Both the position numbers and the translations under genes were made by a program. Shown here one piece after another: positions 57,570 through 64,000 of a DNA stretch of 64,000 bases. Position 1 is the stretch's first letter, and the number at the start of each line of letters is the position of its first letter. Under the pieces are notes generated by a model, which saw only the letters and a list, made by a program, of their open reading frames with translations, searched no databases and was not told where the DNA came from. The stretch is from Polyangiaceae bacterium (GTDB lineage Bacteria > Myxococcota_A > Polyangia > Polyangiales > Polyangiaceae), in assembly GCA_965222375.1 (NCBI GenBank), contig CBDCTZ010000015.1:256001-320000 (forward strand), written 5' to 3'.

Positions 57570-57879
57570 TCACTGATCCCGAGCTTCCTGACACGCGCTC
57601 CAGCTAGCGTCCTCGCAGTACTGAACCCCTACGAAGCAGTTCACGACATTGCCGTGCTGGGGCAGGTTCACTTTGCACTCTCGCTGACTGCCTGGAGCAC
57701 AGCTCGCATCCTCAGCATCCACCGGCGCATCAGCTGGCGCATCGGCACTGCCGCTGGCGTCGGAACCCGCGTCTTTGGGGTCGATCGGCGCTGGACGGTC
57801 GTCGCCACCGCAAGCCGGAAGCGCAGCAGGCGCGATGTTGGGCGCAGATGAGGGGCCACGAGCGGCGAAGCATGCGCAT
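57570..57879 (-). pseudogene. Small Cys-containing lipoprotein with apparent 1-nt insertion
   Basis: Removing one base of the run at 57840-57842 gives MRMLRRSWPLICANIAPAALPACGGDD...CKVNLP...CFVGVQYC...WSAC; span is 310 nt; absent from the ORF track. Confidence 0.6.
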
Positions 57880-57966
57880 GGGAAAGGGTATCACTCCGTT
57901 CAGGGTCAGGTCCCGGCTGGGCGACTAGGGCTGGCACCGCAGGGGTCCCTGGCGTATCGAACTGTC

Positions 57967-59610
57967 GTGACTGAGCAGAAGCGGGAAAGGCATCCCCGGG
58001 ACCAGCGCAAGGGGTCACGGCGGCGACGACGGCCGCACAAGCCCGGCGAGTCACCGGCCAAGGTGATCGTCAAGGCCAAAGCGGTCGACACATCCAAGCC
58101 CGCCGACATTCCGCTCTCAGCAGCCGAAGTCGTCGAAATGCGCGAGCACTTCAAGTTTCTGCGTGACAACCGCAAGCTGTTGCAGCTGCGGCTCAACGCA
58201 GCCGAAGACTTGTTGATCAACGGAGTACGGGAACCCACTCACCGAGGTGTTTGCAAGCACCTCTTGGGCAAAGTGGACCGCGCACGGGTCGAACTTGCCG
58301 CACCCCGACTCGAACCCGCAGCGCGCAGCCGTTTCCTGGCAGGCATCGTGAAGTTCTCGCCAGATGTCGCTTACCTGCTGCTGTACCTGGAGAGCGTAAA
58401 AGAGAGCGCCTCCCAGAGCGACGCGACGGCGGCACTATCGCGAGCCCTTCGACAGATTGACTTCACCGAGATCTCGTCAGCGCAAATGCGGCGCTTGCTC
58501 GATCTCATTGCTGAGCTGTTCGATGAACGAGATCGACCCCAGCTCCTGTTCGGATTGCTGCAGAGTCCCACTTTTCGCGGGGCGTTCGATCGCTCCGCAG
58601 AGCAGCTTCCGTCCAACTTGGCGGACTCCTTCGTGCCTCTGCGAGCAGCCCATGCTGTCGTCATTCAAGGCAAGAAGAACCCGCACGATGGCGCGGCGCT
58701 GTCTCGAGGCGTCACAACCCTGCTCTCCGCTCGAGAAAAAGTGCTTCGCGGCCACTCGCCCACAGCCCGAAAACGGCTCCTGGATCTCGGCACTGAGATA
58801 GGTCGCGGCAACCTACAGGCGGTCGGCCCGGGTCTGCGCCTGCTGGTCGAGGCTCTGCCCGACGAGCGCGAGCGCTCCGACGGCATGTTGCGCCTGGCCG
58901 GGCTGTATCTGTCCGCCGAGCGAGACGCGGACGCAAAGAGGATCCTCGAACGCCTGCGCAAACAAGCGCCTGGGTTTCGCAGACCCGTGCGCTGGCTCGA
59001 GGCTCTGGCGGGGCCTCGCTTTGGGCGTTTCGCCTTGCCGGCCGGGGATGCTCGACCCAAACGCGGAGGCTCCCGCTTCCAAGTGGCGTTCGCATTGCGG
59101 CTGCAACGCCCGGTATGGCTGCGCACCGGGAAGCCCGAAGATGCCGACGTTTTCAAAGCCGCGACCGAATTGTCTAGTTCGCTGCTGATCCCGAATGTGC
59201 TGCCTCATATCGGCGGCGGCACGGGGCCGGATGACGCGCCGTACTTCGCTGTCGACCGACGGGGTCGCGGCGCCTTCGAGACCCTGAAGCAGGACGGCGG
59301 CCTCAGCTATGAAGACGCTGCCATGGTCTGTGAGGACGTCGTCACCTTGCTCGCGACCTTGACCTCCGCGGAAGTGCCGTTGCCAGATGTTCGGCTGGAC
59401 CGCTTCGCCATCGACGCCGGGCCGCGGCTATGGCTTCGAGACTTGCTCGGGGCTACCAAGAGCAGCCAGCAAGACGCCCACCCAACCAACTTGAAGCACG
59501 CCAAGGAGCTATGCGGCCTCGTGCTCGCAGCTCACCCTGCTGCAGCGGCGCTCAAGGCTCGGCTCGACACGGCCTCGAGCTTTGCCGCCATGGCATCGGA
59601 GCTCCGCTAG
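57967..59610 (+). CDS. Hypothetical helical protein with degenerate kinase-like C-terminus
   Basis: Long ORF; TPR-like segment; RPVWLR, PNVLP, LPDVRLDRF, LRDL spaced like kinase subdomains. Confidence 0.6.
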   Translation: MTEQKRERHPRDQRKGSRRRRRPHKPGESPAKVIVKAKAVDTSKPADIPLSAAEVVEMREHFKFLRDNRKLLQLRLNAAEDLLINGVREPTHRGVCKHLLGKVDRARVELAAPRLEPAARSRFLAGIVKFSPDVAYLLLYLESVKESASQSDATAALSRALRQIDFTEISSAQMRRLLDLIAELFDERDRPQLLFGLLQSPTFRGAFDRSAEQLPSNLADSFVPLRAAHAVVIQGKKNPHDGAALSRGVTTLLSAREKVLRGHSPTARKRLLDLGTEIGRGNLQAVGPGLRLLVEALPDERERSDGMLRLAGLYLSAERDADAKRILERLRKQAPGFRRPVRWLEALAGPRFGRFALPAGDARPKRGGSRFQVAFALRLQRPVWLRTGKPEDADVFKAATELSSSLLIPNVLPHIGGGTGPDDAPYFAVDRRGRGAFETLKQDGGLSYEDAAMVCEDVVTLLATLTSAEVPLPDVRLDRFAIDAGPRLWLRDLLGATKSSQQDAHPTNLKHAKELCGLVLAAHPAAAALKARLDTASSFAAMASELR

Positions 59611-59617
59611 CTGCGCT

Positions 59618-60943
59618 CTATTGGAAGCCCACGCGGCGAATCACCGTGCCCTCGGCGATGTATAGGCTGTTGTTGTGGAACAGCACGTCCGTGGGTTCGG
59701 TCACCCGCGCCAACGTGCCCACCTCCTCCGCGTGGCCGGGGCTTCCGTTGCCGATCATCGTGGATACCGTGTAGGTACCCGGCGTGAAGGAGCGAATGGC
59801 GTGATTCTCTCGATCCGCGAAGAACACCGTATTGGGGCTTTCGCGCCGGGTCATACCGTGCGGGGTGTTGATGCGGGCCACATTGCCTTGCAACGAGCCA
59901 GCTCCGTCCACGAAGCCCGAAGTTCCAACCTGGCCAATCAGCGGGTCACCCGTCTTGGTGCTCCAGATCTTGCGAATCACATGGTTGCCCGCATCTGCAA
60001 CGTAGAACAGATTCCAGTTCGAAATCCAAACCAAGCCTTGGGGGCCGCTCAAATGGTTCGGGCTCTGGTTGTTGATCGGCCCGGATTGATTGTTGCCGAC
60101 GTCCACCCACATGACCTGGTTCTGACTCGGCAGCGACACGTGAACTCGGTTGTCCAATCCCCTTGCTGCCAAGAACGAGGGCGAGTTGAAGGTTGGCGTC
60201 AGAGTCGTCACCGCGCTGTTGGATAGATTGATCTCTCGGATCTTGTTGTTACCGGAATCCGCCACGTACAGCCGACCGTTCTTGACCGCCAAACCCCGGG
60301 GGCACTTGAATTGGGCGCTCGGGCCAGTCCCATCCGCGCTCCCCTCGCCGTGACCTCCGGCAATGGTCTGTACTTGTCCAGTTCCGATCGCGATACGGCG
60401 GATCGCATGAGCGGTGCTGGCATAGATGTAATTCGCATCCGCCGCCAAGCCGAACAGACCCACAAACCGCGCGTCATTGGGTGCGCCGTCTGCAAGGCCC
60501 GGCGTACCGAATCTCCCCACCCAATCCAACACACAACCCGCTGTGCTGGCGTTGCACCCCGGTGTCGTTACCTGCGCGCTCTGATTGGTCGGAACTCCGC
60601 AGACCGTCGGGCCCCAAGTGGGTGGCGCGCCTGCGGTTCCCCCGCCACCAGCGACCCCCGCACTTCCTCCGCTACCGACATTGCCAGCTTGACCTCCGGA
60701 ACCGCCCTGCGCGCCGGAGCCCGCAGCGCCCACACTCGCTCCGCTGCCCGCGCTCGCGCCGCTGCCCGCACTGGCTCCACTACCGACACTGCCCGCACTC
60801 GCGCCACTACCGGCACTCGCACCACTACCCGCGCTCGCTCCGCTACCCGCGGAACCCCCGGCACCGCCCTCGCTGAACTCTTCGCCGCCGCACGACAGCG
60901 CCGCCACACCCAGAGTCAGAAGCAAGTACCTGTGCACCATCAC
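59618..60943 (-). CDS. NHL-repeat lipoprotein
   Basis: Lipobox LSC; (ASAGSG)n linker; PRGLAV..LYVADSGNNKIR repeats. Confidence 0.9.
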   Translation of the reverse strand: MMVHRYLLLTLGVAALSCGGEEFSEGGAGGSAGSGASAGSGASAGSGASAGSVGSGASAGSGASAGSGASVGAAGSGAQGGSGGQAGNVGSGGSAGVAGGGGTAGAPPTWGPTVCGVPTNQSAQVTTPGCNASTAGCVLDWVGRFGTPGLADGAPNDARFVGLFGLAADANYIYASTAHAIRRIAIGTGQVQTIAGGHGEGSADGTGPSAQFKCPRGLAVKNGRLYVADSGNNKIREINLSNSAVTTLTPTFNSPSFLAARGLDNRVHVSLPSQNQVMWVDVGNNQSGPINNQSPNHLSGPQGLVWISNWNLFYVADAGNHVIRKIWSTKTGDPLIGQVGTSGFVDGAGSLQGNVARINTPHGMTRRESPNTVFFADRENHAIRSFTPGTYTVSTMIGNGSPGHAEEVGTLARVTEPTDVLFHNNSLYIAEGTVIRRVGFQ

Positions 60944-61104
60944 CGCCCTCGTCCTGAAAAGAAAAGCCCGTCATTGATATTTATCACGACGCTGTCACGC
61001 TCGCCCGCGAAAGCCAGTGTGCGCCGATGTGTGCACCCCAGCACGGTCCGGGATTTTCCGCAGTTTTTCGGAACTCGGAGCGCTTCCTGATGTCCTGACC
61101 CGTC

Positions 61105-63270
61105 ATGCGCCGACAGCTTCTTCTTGGTTCCCTCTTCATATTTGCGCTTACAGGCTGCTCCGCCAGCGGCGGACAGGGCGCGGAATCACCGGCGGGTGTG
61201 CTGCCGTTGAAGCGCTTGCGTTTGTACGAAACCGGCGTGGGCTACTTCGAGCGAAGCGGTCGAATGGGTGGCGCTGACGTCGCACTGCCCGTGCCCGCGG
61301 CTCACGTCGATGACGCACTGAAAAGCTTGATTGTCGTGGGCGAAGACGGCCGCGCCAGCGTCAGTGCCATCGAATTCGAAAGCGTGGTCAGCAAAGGCAT
61401 GGCCCGCGCGCTGGCTGGCTTGCCCCAGGACGCAGAAAAGGCTGTGGATTTTCGCGGTGTACTCGGCGGTATGAAAGGCGCCTGGGTCGAGGTGCGCACC
61501 GAGGATGAGACCTTCAAAGCCCGAGTCTTGGATGTATTCGACGCACCTCTGATGAAGAATACGAAGTCGGACGACGGTGACAAGGACAAGAAGGACACTG
61601 ACGATGATGGAGACGACGGGTCACCGCCCAGAGCAGCCAACGATCCATGGCTGTTGCTCCAGACGAGTGAAGGGGAGATCCGCCGGCTGCACGGCTCCCA
61701 GCTGCGAGGCCTGAAGCCGACGAGTGCAGCCCTAGCCGATCGCATTGATGATGCGGCCGAAACGCTCAGCGTGCGCGCGGCCCGGGCTCAGCGCACCTTG
61801 CGGGTGCTGGCGTCGAGCGAACGACCCGTCACTCTCGGCTACATCGCGGAGGTTCCTGTTTGGCGCACCTCCTACCGACTGGTCATCGACGGCAAGTCAG
61901 ACCAAGCCATGCTCCAGGGCTGGGCGTTGATCCACAACGACTCCGACGAACCTTGGAAGAAGGTCGAAGTGGAGCTCGTCAGCGGCCGTCCCGACTCCTT
62001 CCTCTTCCCTCTGGCTGCGCCCCGCTACTCGCGCCGCAACCTGGCCGAGCCCGCCGAACAGCTCTCGACCGTGCCCCAGCTCGTGGACCGAACTCCGGAT
62101 CAGATTTGGGGCGACAACGTGGATCTGGTTAGCCACGGTGGCGGAACCGGCACGGGCCAGGGCTACGGTTCCGGTTACGGGCGCATATCCCGGGCGCCCC
62201 GGGTTCGAATGGGGTCAACCAGCGTCAGCGGTCGAGTCAGCGCCAGCAACGAACTCGCCATTGGCAACCTCGCGGCGATTGCGCCAGCTACGGGCGTCGA
62301 AAGCGGTGCCCTGTTCAGCTACAAGCTCGCGCAGGCGGTCGAACTCCGTGCACATGGCTCTGCCCTGGTGCCCTTGTTCTCCCAGCGCGTGCCGGTTCGC
62401 CGCCTGACCTGGTTTTCGAAGCCCGGAGAAGCGGGGCGAAGCGCGCTGCGCCTCAGCAACGGCACGCGCCAAACCTTGCCTGCGGGAACCGTGAGTGTCT
62501 ACGAGCGCAAGGCCTTCGCCGGCGAGTCCGGCCTCGATCGCCTCAAGCCCACTCAACGTACCTTCTTCGAATTTGGAATCGACCTGGACGTCGAGCTGGA
62601 CGCCAAGAAGTCCAAGCGTGAGGATTCCACCAAACGCGTCGTGATGGACAAGGGCTCGCTCATCGAGCACTTCGTGCGTCGCCACGTTCGCAAGTACGAG
62701 ATCGAAAATCGAAGCACCCAGATGCGCCTGGTCGCCTTGAAACTCGACGTGGTGAACAACGCCAAGGCCACGGGCGCGAACGAAATGGACTACGACGCGA
62801 GCAACCGGCGCCCGATTGCGGTGTTCAAGGTTCCGGCCCGGTCCAAGGCTGAGCGCAAACTGGAAATCGACGAAGCATTGCAGCGAGACTTCAGTGTCGG
62901 CAGCCTGCAGACCGACGACCTCGAACGAATGATGGAAGCCGAGGCCCTCAAGAGCGTCGACAAGGCGCGACTGAAGGCGGCCCTCGTCGTGCTGAAGGCC
63001 GCAGAGAAGGTCGAGGACGAAAAGGGCGAAGCTGAAGCGGAGAAGAGCACCACGGAGTCTGATCTCGAACGCCTGCGAGGTCACCTCAAGGCCATGGGCG
63101 ACAAGGGCGGAGCTGCCGCCGGCGCCAACCCCATCGTCACCCGCATCTTGGCCGCCGAAGACAAGCTCACCGACGTGCGCAAGAAGATCAAAGCCCTCGA
63201 CACCAGATACAAATCCGAACTCGACCGCCTCAAAGAAGAACTCGCCCCCCTAGGCGCAGCAGAAAGCTGA
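61105..63270 (+). CDS. DUF4139-type domain lipoprotein
   Basis: Lipobox LTGC; LYETGVGYFER, VDDALKSL, PVWRTSYRL, LQGWALIHN, LVSGRP. Confidence 0.85.
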   Translation: MRRQLLLGSLFIFALTGCSASGGQGAESPAGVLPLKRLRLYETGVGYFERSGRMGGADVALPVPAAHVDDALKSLIVVGEDGRASVSAIEFESVVSKGMARALAGLPQDAEKAVDFRGVLGGMKGAWVEVRTEDETFKARVLDVFDAPLMKNTKSDDGDKDKKDTDDDGDDGSPPRAANDPWLLLQTSEGEIRRLHGSQLRGLKPTSAALADRIDDAAETLSVRAARAQRTLRVLASSERPVTLGYIAEVPVWRTSYRLVIDGKSDQAMLQGWALIHNDSDEPWKKVEVELVSGRPDSFLFPLAAPRYSRRNLAEPAEQLSTVPQLVDRTPDQIWGDNVDLVSHGGGTGTGQGYGSGYGRISRAPRVRMGSTSVSGRVSASNELAIGNLAAIAPATGVESGALFSYKLAQAVELRAHGSALVPLFSQRVPVRRLTWFSKPGEAGRSALRLSNGTRQTLPAGTVSVYERKAFAGESGLDRLKPTQRTFFEFGIDLDVELDAKKSKREDSTKRVVMDKGSLIEHFVRRHVRKYEIENRSTQMRLVALKLDVVNNAKATGANEMDYDASNRRPIAVFKVPARSKAERKLEIDEALQRDFSVGSLQTDDLERMMEAEALKSVDKARLKAALVVLKAAEKVEDEKGEAEAEKSTTESDLERLRGHLKAMGDKGGAAAGANPIVTRILAAEDKLTDVRKKIKALDTRYKSELDRLKEELAPLGAAES

Positions 63271-63297
63271 CCGCGACAGCAATCCAATCCCGAACAA

Positions 63298-63331
63298 CGA
63301 CCCCAGAATGCCGCCTTGAAGTTTGGGGTCG
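63298..63331 (+). terminator. Stem-loop after the DUF4139 gene
   Basis: CGACCCCA ... TGGGGTCG 8-bp stem; no U tract. Confidence 0.3.
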
Positions 63332-63488
63332 CGTCGCCGTGTCACCATGCAGCACTACTCCCGCGCGTCGTCCCATATCCCGGCAGCGCGGTGCTTGGAC
63401 GAGCGGTGCGGCGCAGCCGCGTCGCGGTCAAGCCGATCATTTGAGATGGCCACGACAGAATGCTGAAAGGCCGCGGGAGGTCTGAAGC

Positions 63489-64000
63489 ATGAAATGGGCG
63501 TGGCTTGCGGGCTTGACCTGTATCTCATTGATGGGAGCATGTTCGTCTGACGATTTCCAATCTGCCGGGACCGGCGCGACCGGTGGCTCCGGTGCGACGG
63601 GGGCAAGCGCGGGAGCAAGCGGCGGAAGCGCGGGCGCGAGCGGAAGCGCGGGCGCGAGTGGCGGCGCTGCAGGAGCAAGCGGCGGAGCCGCGGGTGCAAC
63701 CGGTGGCAGCGCTGGCGCGACAGGCGGAACTGCCGGCACCGGAGGTGGGCCCGGCGGGGCGGGTGGGGCGTCTGGAGGAGCTGGCGGAGCGTCGGGAGGA
63801 GCGGGCGGCACGAGCGGATGCACGGCCATCACCGCATCGAACTTTGTGAAGTCACCGCCCTCCACTATGAACTACGCGGTGGCTCCCGCCCTTCCGGCCG
63901 GAGCCACGAGCGGCACATTGGAGGTCCTCAAGCCGCCCGTGGTGGGCAGCGTAATCCTCGGCCAAGGAGACCACGCTAACTACAACACGTGCAGCTCCTG
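63489..64000 (+). CDS. Lipoprotein with Gly/Ser/Ala linker (partial, runs off window end)
   Basis: MKWAWLAGLTCISLMGAC-SSDD signal, GGSAGASG linker, open to the window end. Confidence 0.8.
   Translation, partial: MKWAWLAGLTCISLMGACSSDDFQSAGTGATGGSGATGASAGASGGSAGASGSAGASGGAAGASGGAAGATGGSAGATGGTAGTGGGPGGAGGASGGAGGASGGAGGTSGCTAITASNFVKSPPSTMNYAVAPALPAGATSGTLEVLKPPVVGSVILGQGDHANYNTCSS

Noticed and set aside
60720..60860. 18-bp tandem repeat as a DNA element
   Set aside because: Encodes the (ASAGSG)n linker of the NHL lipoprotein
63437..63865. Pro-rich minus-strand ORF
   Set aside because: Shadow of the plus-strand lipoprotein starting at 63489

Overview
GC-rich bacterial DNA with a gene repertoire typical of Myxococcota, most likely Polyangiales: Cys-rich and Gly/Ser-linker lipoproteins, MYXO-CTERM-like tails, PEGA and AgmX/PglI-type proteins, and Ser/Thr kinases. 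Housekeeping genes include arfB, an rpoH-type sigma factor, rsmI, ffh, purM, purN, rsmD, truA and ttcA. The most interesting object is a ~1.6 kb IS110-family (IS1111-like) element at ~2764-4380 on the minus strand, bounded by a perfect 10-bp sub-terminal inverted repeat. Its ~350-nt downstream non-coding region reads like a two-loop bridge/seek RNA built from a recurring GA[G/C]C-N10-GATT module. One loop has two identical guide-like strands (an exact 24-bp repeat), and two segments match opposite strands of the element's own junction. A related module sits antisense inside a 13-bp stem that covers the transposase RBS. Also notable: a split sphingolipid gene set (spt-like; bcerS-like, cerR-like and a P450), an orphan carbamoyltransferase-amidase operon, two pseudokinase-like proteins, a secreted tandem Tudor/chromo-barrel protein, a 20-bp tandem repeat beside a 6-nt-periodic tract, and a small degraded, possibly cassette-like patch at 53.6-56.6 kb. 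Several genes appear broken by single-base indels, which may be assembly errors. No tRNA, rRNA or CRISPR-cas was recognised. All calls come from reading motifs by eye; no searches were run.
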